Positions 18,469 through 27,074 of a stretch of 64,000 bases of DNA are shown here, piece by piece; position 1 is the stretch's first letter, and each line of letters starts with the position of its first letter. The stretch is from an uncultured Anaerolineaceae bacterium (GTDB taxonomy: Bacteria; Chloroflexota; Anaerolineae; Anaerolineales; UBA4823). Location of the stretch: positions 146,067 to 210,066 of the forward strand of contig CAZJMV010000212.1 in NCBI GenBank assembly GCA_964547225.1, given 5' to 3'. A model generated the notes under the pieces. The model ran no database searches and was not told where the DNA came from. It saw only the letters and a list, made by a program, of their open reading frames with translations. A program made the translations under genes and the position numbers.

Positions 18469-19440
18469 ATGCAATTATCGGAAAACGCAAAAGCGACTTT
18501 GTTGATCTGTACCAGGCTGGCTTTACCAAAAGAACCACAATATGAACCATATGGTACAGCGAAATGGAATAAATTGGTTGAAGCAATCGTAAGTTCACCC
18601 CTAAAGGAACCGGCTGCTCTTTTAGAAGTAGATCACAAACAAATCACCGAGCAGTTATCGTTGAACGATGATGAAGCAAATCGGTTAACCTTTTTAATTT
18701 CGCGGGGTGGCGCTCTCGCCATGGAATTGGAAAGACTTGAAACCATGGGAATATGGGTATTAACGCGCTCAGACTCAGAATATCCTACACGTTACATAGA
18801 GCGTTTGCACGAGAAGAGACCAGCCGTCTTATTCGGATGTGGCGATCAATACTTACCCAATCAACCGGGTATCGCGATTGTCGGCTCTCGAGATATCGAT
18901 GAGGCAGGCACAAAATTTGCGGAGAAGGTAGGTAATGCTGCTGCACATCGTGGTTTAATCGTATTTTCCGGAGGCGCACGCGGTGTTGATCAAATCGCGA
19001 TGAAAAATGCACTCAATGGTCGCGGTTTTAGTGTGGGAATATTAGCAAATAGCCTTGTTAGTCAAATTAAATCACCTGAATACCGTAATGCCATACGTGA
19101 AGGTAATCTCACTTTGATCACACCCTATGCACCTGAAGCGGGTTTCAGCGCTGGTAATGCTATGGGGAGAAATAAACTCATCTATTGTTTAGCGGATTAT
19201 GGATTAGTGGTTTCAAGCAGCTCCGGGAAAGGGGGCACCTGGAATGGAGCCCAGGAAGTAATTAAAAATCGCTGGGTGCCCTTGTTTGTACGAAATGGAC
19301 CTGACGTACCGATTGGAAACAAGAAGCTGATTGAACAAGGCTGTTTACCATTCCCAGATTCTTTTTCTGACTGGGAGAATCTAAATAGTTGGTTTGATGA
19401 GGAAAAGAAGAAATGGGACCAACAAATGACCCTTTTTTAA
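18469..19440 (+). CDS. DprA/Smf-like (SLOG Rossmann fold) protein
   Basis: GIAIVGSRDIDEAG...FSGGARGVDQIAMKNAL...GNAMGRNKLIYCLAD...GGTWNGA matches the DprA core. Start is 6 nt after the helicase stop, with a GAGGA RBS overlapping that stop. Confidence 0.8.
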   Translation: MQLSENAKATLLICTRLALPKEPQYEPYGTAKWNKLVEAIVSSPLKEPAALLEVDHKQITEQLSLNDDEANRLTFLISRGGALAMELERLETMGIWVLTRSDSEYPTRYIERLHEKRPAVLFGCGDQYLPNQPGIAIVGSRDIDEAGTKFAEKVGNAAAHRGLIVFSGGARGVDQIAMKNALNGRGFSVGILANSLVSQIKSPEYRNAIREGNLTLITPYAPEAGFSAGNAMGRNKLIYCLADYGLVVSSSSGKGGTWNGAQEVIKNRWVPLFVRNGPDVPIGNKKLIEQGCLPFPDSFSDWENLNSWFDEEKKKWDQQMTLF

Positions 19441-19482
19441 AATAAACATCACAATAATCTCTTTTAAGGGAGGCATCGTTTT

Positions 19483-20153
19483 ATGGCACAAATCATTGGA
19501 GAATTAAGACCAGACGCGACTTACGGAGAAAAGCAATGACTTTCGATAAACTATGTAGCAACTTAATAAAAGGGTTTCTTGAATGGAGACCACAAAACTC
19601 TATCGGTTGGATCAGAAATCATGAAAACGACATCCCGATCATTACTGAACTGACTCCAGAATTTATCGAAGAAGAAATTAATTGGATCATGGACATTGGT
19701 CATCCAAATTTTGATCAATATTTGACCATGATGCGAAAAGGTCGAGGAAATCAAGGACGGTTAGGGAAGAAACAACGAGAACAGATATTTGAAGTGTTGG
19801 AAGAATATCATCAATTTCATGAACAAAATGGCACCTTCGATTGGTCTAAAACCCCCTATCTGGTGTTGGATGCTATAGAAAAAGGTAAGATACAACTCGA
19901 AAATAAATTAACCGGTTGTGGAGATATTACAATTGAAACAATGCATAGTCAAAAAGGGTTAGAATTTGAAATAGTCTTTATTAGTCAAATCAATGAAACT
20001 TTTCAAAATGGAACAGAAGAAGAACAACTCTCACAAGAAAAACGATTAGCTTATATGGCAATGACCCGCGCGCGTGAGGAACTTTTCCTTAATTATAGCT
20101 ATCAATTACCCAAACCATGGAAAAAAATAAGTGAAAAAGTAGAATCAATTTAA
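19483..20153 (+). pseudogene. Decayed SF1 (UvrD/NERD-type) helicase remnant: an 18-aa N-terminal ORF plus a 205-aa ORF retaining only the UvrD_C end
   Basis: A strong AAGGGAGG RBS serves the ATG at 19483 (MAQIIGELRPDATYGEKQ*). Its stop overlaps the next ATG (ATGA) at an A-run. The 205-aa ORF keeps TMHSQKGLEFEIVFI and RLAYMAMTRAREELFL but has no Walker A/B. Confidence 0.5.
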
Positions 20154-20199
20154 TAATTTAATTATCAATCAACATAAAAACAGCAAATATTTACAAAAC

Positions 20200-20255
20200 T
20201 GTGGATAACTTTGTGGATAATTGTTGAAAATTGTGGATAAATAACTGGGGGATAA
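20200..20255. promoter_or_regulatory. DnaA-box cluster: three perfect TGTGGATAA boxes plus one degenerate box
   Basis: TGTGGATAA (reverse complement of TTATCCACA) at 20200-20208, 20212-20220 and 20232-20240, all in the same orientation. GGGGGATAA at 20247-20255. Flanks are AT-rich. Confidence 0.75.
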
Positions 20256-20388
20256 ATAATAATCGCTATTCAAACTCTGAGAGAGATCTTATATTAGATT
20301 AATGTAATTTGGATATAATTGGTCATGTTACGCTACGACATTGTTCTAACAACATTGATCTACATAAAGCAAAAAGGAGTTTCAAGTT

Positions 20389-21000
20389 ATGAAAACACAA
20401 AAAGAAGAAAATCACAAGGTTATCCGGATGGAAGAATCGCCATTCTCTCGGGCATTATTTGGAGAAGTGCGCTGGGCATGGTTGTGGGTAATCCTGAGAA
20501 TTTATGTCGGGTGGGAATGGCTACAAGCAGGTCTCGGTAAAATCGGTAACCCAACTTGGACTGGAGAGAATGCTGGAACAGCTTTATCCGGTTTCCTTAG
20601 CGGGGCATTAGCTAAAACGGAAGGCGCTCATCCAGACGTTCAATTATGGTACGCCTGGTTTTTGGAAAAGATTGTTATACCCAATGCAAGCATATGGAGT
20701 ATATTAGTGGCATGGGGGGAACTATTGGTCGGTATAGCTCTGATCATTGGCTTGTTCACTGGGGTTGCTGCTTTCTTTGGAAGTTTCATGAATATGAATT
20801 ACTTGCTTGCAGGAACAGTCAGTACAAATCCAATCTTATTAACAATCACGATTTTTATCATCCTGGCTTGGAGAACCGCGGGCTGGTGGGGATTGGATCG
20901 TTGGGTCTTACCAGCAATTGGTACACCTTGGAAACCAGGATATATCTATAAAGAGGTATCTTTCGATAATATTCCTGTGAAGCAACCTGACTCAATATAA
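20389..21000 (+). CDS. DoxX-family membrane protein
   Basis: Four hydrophobic helices. N-terminal LRIYVGWEWLQAGLGKI is typical of DoxX/DoxD. Confidence 0.7.
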   Translation: MKTQKEENHKVIRMEESPFSRALFGEVRWAWLWVILRIYVGWEWLQAGLGKIGNPTWTGENAGTALSGFLSGALAKTEGAHPDVQLWYAWFLEKIVIPNASIWSILVAWGELLVGIALIIGLFTGVAAFFGSFMNMNYLLAGTVSTNPILLTITIFIILAWRTAGWWGLDRWVLPAIGTPWKPGYIYKEVSFDNIPVKQPDSI

Positions 21001-21017
21001 TAAGATTTTTTTATTAA

Positions 21018-21050
21018 AGGGCTGCAAAAAATATATCGCAGCTCTTTTTC
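21018..21050 (+). terminator. Hairpin plus T-run after doxX
   Basis: AGGGCTGC / GCAGCTCT (one G-U pair), 12-nt loop, then TTTTC. Confidence 0.5.
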
Positions 21051-21145
21051 AATTTAATTTCAGATATCATCTACTTTCTTGTATAATGGGATTATCAGAT
21101 GATAGAGCTCTCAAGAGACAGGATTGTGTTGATAGGAGGTTGTAG

Positions 21146-21496
21146 ATGACACCACCAAAGATCGATTCATTTCGGTTCGGGCGGATCATGATTGATGGTA
21201 CTCCATATAATAAAGATATCGTGATCCTACCTGATGGTGTAAGAGCAAACTGGTGGCGGAAAGAAGGGCATTTTCTACAGGTGATAGACTTGGAATGGGT
21301 AATTGAGGCTCAGCCAGAGTTGTTAATCATAGGAAAAGGAACTGTGAATAGGATGCGAGTGAGCGAGGAGGTCTTGGAATACTGTAAAAATTCCGGGATA
21401 GAAACGATCGAGCTATCAAGTGGTGATGCATGTGAGCGATACAATGAGGTCAGATTGAAAAAGAAAACTGCATTGGCGCTGCACTTAACATGTTAA
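21146..21496 (+). CDS. Mth938-like (DUF498) domain protein
   Basis: IDSFRFGRIMIDGTPYNKDIVILPDG...LLIIGKGT pattern typical of the family. Confidence 0.6.
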   Translation: MTPPKIDSFRFGRIMIDGTPYNKDIVILPDGVRANWWRKEGHFLQVIDLEWVIEAQPELLIIGKGTVNRMRVSEEVLEYCKNSGIETIELSSGDACERYNEVRLKKKTALALHLTC

Positions 21497-21504
21497 AGAA
21501 AAAA

Positions 21505-21537
21505 TGACCTACACAATAGAAATGTAGATGTAGGTCA
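21505..21537. terminator. Hairpin between convergent genes
   Basis: TGACCTACA / TGTAGGTCA 9-bp stem with a 15-nt loop, between the stop at 21496 (+) and the stop at 21565 (-). Confidence 0.5.
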
Positions 21538-21564
21538 ATAAAAGTTTAGCAATGATATTTAATT

Positions 21565-23232
21565 TTATCCGCTACGTGTGACTGTAAAGGCTTTCTTCTG
21601 AAGGCGGTAAGAACTAGAATTCGCTAACACTTGTTCACATAACTCCTCAGGAACATCAACAAATGTTGTCTGTGGACGAATAAGGATTTTCCCAATCTGA
21701 CTTCCGGGGATATCAGCATTATATGCAATGGTGCTCACAACTTCACCAGGGTTCACCCCATGAGCTTTTCCTTTATTGAGAACAAGCCGTACCATCCCTT
21801 CTTCATGAGATGATTCTGAATTAAATCGATCACTCCGACCTCTAGAGGATCTTTTTTGAAAACGAGATTTACCTCTTCGATTTGGTTGCCGAGAAGACGA
21901 GCGATCATTTTGCCGAACCTCACCAATTTCTTGGATAGGACGCTGCTTCTCTTCAGCACGCGCAATTTTTATAGCAACCGCAGCAATCTCCATAGGGTCA
22001 TGCCCACTCTCGACAAGTTCTTCAACAATCTCGCGTTCTCGTTGGCAACGATTGCGTCTAAGCCACATTTCAACCTGTTCAAGTAAATGCTCTTCTCGTG
22101 TTTGGAGAATCTCTTGACGGGATGGAATATCAGCTTTCTTAATTTTTTGACGTGTAAGGGATTCAATGCTACGCAATTGACGCATACCCGCGGGGGTAAC
22201 TATCGAAATAGCTGTTCCTGATCTTCCAGCTCGCCCGGTTCGTCCAATACGATGGATATAGATCTCAGGCTCGTCTGGCAAATCGTAATTGAAGACATGC
22301 GAGATTTCTTCAATATCCAATCCACGTGCAGCTACGTCTGTAGCAACGAGGACTTGAATTTGCCCAGAGCGAAAACGCCGCATAACATGTTCACGCGCAT
22401 CTTGACTCAGGTCGCCATTGAGCGCTTCAGCAAGAAAACCACGTGCCGCTAATTGATTCGCTAAATCCCCACTGGATGCTCTTGTTCGTGTGAATATCAG
22501 TGCACTACTAATTTGCTCCATCTCAAAAAGACGCGTTAAAGCAGCCATTTTGTCTTCGCGATTAACTAAATAGTAACGTTGCTCAATAGCCTGGACTGTG
22601 ATTTGTTCCTTTTCAACTTGAATAAGTTGTGGATCTCTCATGTATTGTTGTGCTAATTTTTGAATTTCCTTGGGAATAGTCGCTGAAAAAAGCGCGGTCT
22701 GCCTATTCTGAGGGGTCTCTTTGATAATTTTTTCAATATCTTCAATAAAACCCATACTTAGCATCTCATCAGCTTCATCCAAAACCAAGGTATGTACACT
22801 ACTTAAATTTAGCACTTTACGCCTGATCAGATCCAATAATCGACCGGGAGTCCCCACCACAATGTCAACCCCATGCTTGATTGATCTAATTTGGGATTGA
22901 TAGGATTGTCCACCATAAACCGAAACGACTGCGACATCTTGGAATTGCCCATAATCTCGAAAAGCATTCGTTACTTGAAGCGCCAACTCACGTGTTGGAG
23001 AAAGTACCAATGCTTGAACTGACTTTTGGTTGGGGATCAAGTTATGTAGAATGGGTAAACCAAAAGCAGCAGTCTTCCCTGTGCCAGTTTGAGCCTGACC
23101 AATCACATCCCTATTTTCCAACATGATAGGTATAACCTCGGATTGTATAGGTGTAGGGACGAAAAAACCAAGACCATCCACTGCATTGAGTAACTCTGTA
23201 CGCAATCCAAATTCTTTAAAAGTATCCGTCAT
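21565..23232 (-). CDS. DEAD-box ATP-dependent RNA helicase (CshA/DeaD-like) with a basic C-terminal extension
   Basis: Q-motif region, AQTGTGKT, DEAD (VLDEADEM), SAT, HRIGRTGRAG. Start moved to the ATG at 23232 (GAGGAG RBS 7 nt upstream). Confidence 0.9.
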   Translation of the reverse strand: MTDTFKEFGLRTELLNAVDGLGFFVPTPIQSEVIPIMLENRDVIGQAQTGTGKTAAFGLPILHNLIPNQKSVQALVLSPTRELALQVTNAFRDYGQFQDVAVVSVYGGQSYQSQIRSIKHGVDIVVGTPGRLLDLIRRKVLNLSSVHTLVLDEADEMLSMGFIEDIEKIIKETPQNRQTALFSATIPKEIQKLAQQYMRDPQLIQVEKEQITVQAIEQRYYLVNREDKMAALTRLFEMEQISSALIFTRTRASSGDLANQLAARGFLAEALNGDLSQDAREHVMRRFRSGQIQVLVATDVAARGLDIEEISHVFNYDLPDEPEIYIHRIGRTGRAGRSGTAISIVTPAGMRQLRSIESLTRQKIKKADIPSRQEILQTREEHLLEQVEMWLRRNRCQREREIVEELVESGHDPMEIAAVAIKIARAEEKQRPIQEIGEVRQNDRSSSRQPNRRGKSRFQKRSSRGRSDRFNSESSHEEGMVRLVLNKGKAHGVNPGEVVSTIAYNADIPGSQIGKILIRPQTTFVDVPEELCEQVLANSSSYRLQKKAFTVTRSG

Positions 23233-23318
23233 CAAAAACTCCTCTTTTGTTTTGATGACTCCACTGTTCCCGTTTGCTCTAAACACATGCGTATCAGAAA
23301 TTCGGTTCCGCCCTCACC

Positions 23319-23340
23319 GGTTTATTGATATCAATAAACC
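23319..23340. repeat. Perfect 22-bp palindrome GGTTTATTGATATCAATAAACC in the helicase leader/promoter region
   Basis: Self-complementary over all 22 nt. Lies 87-108 nt upstream of the helicase start. Confidence 0.6.
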
Positions 23341-23350
23341 TACCCTCAGC

Positions 23351-23381
23351 AAGAAAAGAGCTCGACCACAACCGGTCGAGC
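23351..23381 (-). terminator. Rho-independent terminator after mobB
   Basis: GCTCGACC / GGTCGAGC stem (6-nt loop), followed on the minus strand by TCTTTTCTT. Confidence 0.6.
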
Positions 23382-23477
23382 AACCTTGGAATGATCAAAA
23401 CAGTTATTAAAATAATTAAACGGCATTTAGTATACCATAGATTTGAAAAAGCAAGGGTTTTATTGACCAAAAATTCG

Positions 23478-23990
23478 CTAATCACCCAGCGAATTGCTTC
23501 TGCTCAGAAATCGTTCTTCGATCAAGTCAGCAATACCTAGATAATCATTAAGGTTATATTGAGGCACATGCACGTCAAGGGGAGTATCAGCGGCAACCGC
23601 AAACCAAGTTTGTGGGTTCCCAACCAATTCCAGCTTATTTGCCGCACGAACAACTACTAAAGTAGGCTTGTTAGCATGTTTATATCCTTCACACAAGATA
23701 ATATCTACATCCCTGATATCATTGGTTACATTATCTAATGAAACTGGATGATCTAAATCGCGATAAAAAGCAATCTTTTTTGGCGCAACAATATAGACTT
23801 GAAGGCTGCCAGCGCGTGCATGCCTCCAACTATCTTTGCCTGGATAATCGATCTCGAAGTCCGAATGTGAGTGATGCTTGACCGTAGCAACGCGATAACC
23901 ACGTTGTGTCAATTCAGTGATCAATTTTTCCAATAAAGTTGTCTTCCCTGACCCAGACTTCCCGATCACTGTAATAACAGGAATAGACAT
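23478..23990 (-). CDS. mobB: Molybdopterin-guanine dinucleotide biosynthesis adapter protein MobB
   Basis: VIGKSGSGKTTLLEKLI...GYRVATVKHH is typical of MobB. Confidence 0.85.
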   Translation of the reverse strand: MSIPVITVIGKSGSGKTTLLEKLITELTQRGYRVATVKHHSHSDFEIDYPGKDSWRHARAGSLQVYIVAPKKIAFYRDLDHPVSLDNVTNDIRDVDIILCEGYKHANKPTLVVVRAANKLELVGNPQTWFAVAADTPLDVHVPQYNLNDYLGIADLIEERFLSRSNSLGD

Positions 23991-23998
23991 ATGAAACC

Positions 23999-24535
23999 TT
24001 AGATTCTTTCACCTGGACGAATATAAGAGTCTCGGTGGGAAAATAATAATGGACTATCCTCATTATCCGATGCCCAACCATGATCATAAATGTCTTCTCT
24101 AACGGAACCATTCACCACTTCCCCTATAAATAGCGTGTGATCCCCAGCCAGGACTTGATCATGAAGTTTACATTCCAGAATCGCTAAAGCATCCCTCAAA
24201 ACTGGGACTGAGATTTTTTCAGCTAATCGAGTATCCAATTTCGCAATGGTGAATTTATCATCCAATTCACCGCTATACTCACCACATATTCTGACTGCAT
24301 CAATATTGGAAACACCCATGATATTGACGGCAAATTCCCCCGTACTCTCAATAAGCTGATGAGAATATCGCGTTAATCCGATGCTTATCCCTAATAAGGG
24401 GGGATCGTGAGATAACGGTGTATGCCAAGCGATCGTTAAAACATTAGGATTCCCATTCGTATCACAACACGTCACTAATAGAGCTAAGCGGGGATTCAAT
24501 AAGCCCCCAAACTGTGTATTTCGTATTGTTTTCAT
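23999..24535 (-). CDS. Flavin reductase-like (FMN-binding split barrel) protein
   Basis: Family-typical pattern NVLTIAWHTPLSHDPPLLGISI...EFAVNI...GDHTLFIGEV. Confidence 0.75.
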   Translation of the reverse strand: MKTIRNTQFGGLLNPRLALLVTCCDTNGNPNVLTIAWHTPLSHDPPLLGISIGLTRYSHQLIESTGEFAVNIMGVSNIDAVRICGEYSGELDDKFTIAKLDTRLAEKISVPVLRDALAILECKLHDQVLAGDHTLFIGEVVNGSVREDIYDHGWASDNEDSPLLFSHRDSYIRPGERI

Positions 24536-24554
24536 TCATCTGTTCCTTTATGAG

Positions 24555-26480
24555 TTAATGAGGAGGTAATGAATATACTTTACTAGGTGAATCTAGCTCA
24601 GTATTTTTATCTACAACTTTAAGTTCAACTTTTTTAGCGTTCTTTTGCTCACGTCCACGATCATGAGTTGAAAGAATTTTCTTGCGAATGCGAATGCAGA
24701 GGGGAGTAATTTCCAATAATTCATCATCGGCTAGATATTCAATTGCTTCATCTAAGCTCATTCGACGTGCTGGTGTTAGACGAATTTCCATTTCCCCCCG
24801 AGCTGCGCGCATATTAGTCAGGTGCTTCTTCTTACAAACATTAACCGATAAATCACCTGGGCGTTGGTGCTCTCCTACCACCATGCCCTCATAAACACTA
24901 ATACCAGGTTCATAAAAAAGCATCCCGCGTTCTTCAGCATTTTTTAAACCGAAAGTTGTGGTATCACCAGTCTCCCAGGAGACTAATGAGCCTGTCGACC
25001 GACTATTGATTCCACCTGCCATTGGCATATAGCCATGGAACAGCGTATTCATGATACCAGCGCCGCGTGTTGCGGTTAGGAATCGATGACGAAATCCTAA
25101 CAAACCACGCGTAGGCACTATAAAAGTCAGATAAACACTTCCATTATCGGTATTACGCATGTCTTGCATCTGTCCATGACGTTCACCAAGCATCTCAACA
25201 ACAACTCCAACGGTTTCTTGACTAGTCTCAATATAGATCTCTTCAAATGGTTCTAATATTTTTCCGGATTCATCCTGACGAAGAATTACATCAGGTCGTG
25301 AAACTTGGAATTCATACCCTTCGCGGCGCATGTTTTCGATGAGAATCGCCAAGTGTAACTCTCCTCTACCGGAGACGATGAATGTATCTGTATTCTCTGT
25401 TTCATCTACACGTAGCGCTACATTCGTACGTAATTCATCCAGCAATCGCTCGCGTAGTTTTCGAGAGGTACTCCAACGACCTTCACGACCAGAAAAAGGA
25501 GAGGTGTTAACCCCAAAAGTCATACGCACGGTGGGTTCATCGACATGAATAGTGGGTAAGGGGTTTGGATATTCCGGATCAGCGAGTGTATCTCCAATGG
25601 CAATACTTTCCAGACCTGCTAAGACAATAATCTCACCAGCTTTGGCATGCTCAACTTCAACCTGTTTTAAGCCTTGATGGACGTATAGGTAACGTACATG
25701 TTCAGGAAAGATAGACCTATCACTAGTGATACGCGCCAATGTTTGCCCCACCTTAATGCTTCCAGCAAAGATACGCCCTAGGGCTGTCACACCGCGATAT
25801 TCATCATATCCAAGATTGGTAACCAATAATTGTAGTGGTGCGTTGAGATCTATCTGCGGGCAGGGTATATGGCGTAAAATAGCATTAAAAAGTGGGGTTA
25901 AATCCTGAGTTAATTCTCCATTCAAACCAGCCCGAGCTGTAACCGCGTTGGCGTAAATCACAGGAAAATCTGCTTGATCATCACTGGCGCCCAATTCTAT
26001 AAATAAATCGAAAGTTTGATTGAGAACTCGTTCTGGATCTGCCTCTTTTCGATCCATTTTATTAATTACAACGATTACACGAAGCCCAATTTCAAGCGCC
26101 TTACGGAGAACAAAACGCGTCTGTGGCATCGGTCCCTCTGCCGCATCTACCAATAATAATACTCCATCCACCATATTCATAACCCGTTCAACTTCGCCAC
26201 CAAAATCGGCATGACCAGGAGTATCCACAATATTAATTTTAACCATCTCTTCAGATAGCTCATCCCAAATCTCGATGGCTGTATTCTTTGCTAAGATCGT
26301 AATACCCCTCTCCCGCTCCAGATCATTTGAATCCATAATACGCTCAGCAACCTGCTGATTCTCGCGAAAAACGCGCGCTTGCTTTAACATCCCATCCACC
26401 AAGGTCGTTTTACCATGATCGACATGGGCAATAATAGCAATATTTCGAAGGTCGTTCCTTTTTATCAACATTACTTTCAC
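24555..26480 (-). CDS. typA: Translational GTPase TypA/BipA
   Basis: [35 protein letters not shown], and EF-G-like domains throughout. Confidence 0.95.
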   Translation of the reverse strand: MKVMLIKRNDLRNIAIIAHVDHGKTTLVDGMLKQARVFRENQQVAERIMDSNDLERERGITILAKNTAIEIWDELSEEMVKINIVDTPGHADFGGEVERVMNMVDGVLLLVDAAEGPMPQTRFVLRKALEIGLRVIVVINKMDRKEADPERVLNQTFDLFIELGASDDQADFPVIYANAVTARAGLNGELTQDLTPLFNAILRHIPCPQIDLNAPLQLLVTNLGYDEYRGVTALGRIFAGSIKVGQTLARITSDRSIFPEHVRYLYVHQGLKQVEVEHAKAGEIIVLAGLESIAIGDTLADPEYPNPLPTIHVDEPTVRMTFGVNTSPFSGREGRWSTSRKLRERLLDELRTNVALRVDETENTDTFIVSGRGELHLAILIENMRREGYEFQVSRPDVILRQDESGKILEPFEEIYIETSQETVGVVVEMLGERHGQMQDMRNTDNGSVYLTFIVPTRGLLGFRHRFLTATRGAGIMNTLFHGYMPMAGGINSRSTGSLVSWETGDTTTFGLKNAEERGMLFYEPGISVYEGMVVGEHQRPGDLSVNVCKKKHLTNMRAARGEMEIRLTPARRMSLDEAIEYLADDELLEITPLCIRIRKKILSTHDRGREQKNAKKVELKVVDKNTELDSPSKVYSLPPH

Positions 26481-26692
26481 ATTTCCTTATTAAATACATA
26501 AAAAATATTTAAGATTATTTTTTTTAACGGATAAAGACCTCAGCTCTTTGGCTAAGGTCGATTGTCAAACCTATCAATACTACCAAAAGGAACGGCTTTT
26601 GAAAAGAGTAACTATTAATGAATCTGGAGCCATCAAGAAGCAATTTTTTGATGGCTCCGTAAAATTGTTTTTTCTACTGATCTATATAAGCA

Positions 26693-27022
26693 TTATGCCA
26701 TCTTGAAGAGAGTGGTAAGTTTCATGGCTAAATTAAGGTCTCCAGAGAGCTTGAGGCGACCTTTCATGAAGTATTGCATACCATTCGCTTTCCCCAATAA
26801 GACATCTCCAAAATCATTCGCATCCGCTGTAAGTGTCATCGTAGGATCATCTGCGATTCCTTCGGAAACGGTGCATTTGCCATCTTTTAAAGTGATGATA
26901 TATTCACCAGATTCATCTCCAGTCAATTTATATTGAATGACTGCATCAATATCACCTGCTACATCTGGTTGGAAAGCTTTTTCATGGTTGAACACCATTT
27001 CTCTAACAGTAATATCTGCCAT
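26693..27022 (-). CDS. SCP-2 sterol/lipid transfer domain protein
   Basis: 109 aa with the ...KGRLKLSGDLNLAMKL... C-terminal signature of SCP2. Confidence 0.75.
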   Translation of the reverse strand: MADITVREMVFNHEKAFQPDVAGDIDAVIQYKLTGDESGEYIITLKDGKCTVSEGIADDPTMTLTADANDFGDVLLGKANGMQYFMKGRLKLSGDLNLAMKLTTLFKMA

Positions 27023-27074
27023 TTTTTCTCCTTTTATCTATTCCAAATATTGATATTCATGATTACCGCGGTAT

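Noticed and set aside
19484-19499. TGGCACAAATCATTGG as a second sigma-54 promoter
   Set aside because: It has the -24 TGGCAC but no GC at the -12 position (ATTGG instead of TTGC). It also lies inside the start of a coding remnant.
20154-20388. Calling the DnaA-box cluster the chromosomal oriC
   Set aside because: There is no dnaA, dnaN, gyrB, parAB or rpmH nearby. About three quarters of the coding sequence to the right is on the minus strand, which would be head-on to a fork leaving this site. I kept it as a DnaA-box cluster of unknown role. Whole-genome skew is needed to settle this.
20319-20951. ORFs 20319-20540 and 20646-20951 overlapping doxX in other frames
   Set aside because: The 20389-21000 frame gives a coherent four-helix DoxX-like membrane protein with a GGAG RBS. 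The alternatives have no motifs.
26625-26660. Hairpin GGAGCCATCAA...TTGATGGCTCC downstream of the SCP2 gene as a terminator
   Set aside because: The stem is good, but on the minus (gene) strand it is not followed by a U-run. It could be a Rho-independent terminator variant or an RNA-stability element. The evidence is too weak to list as a feature.
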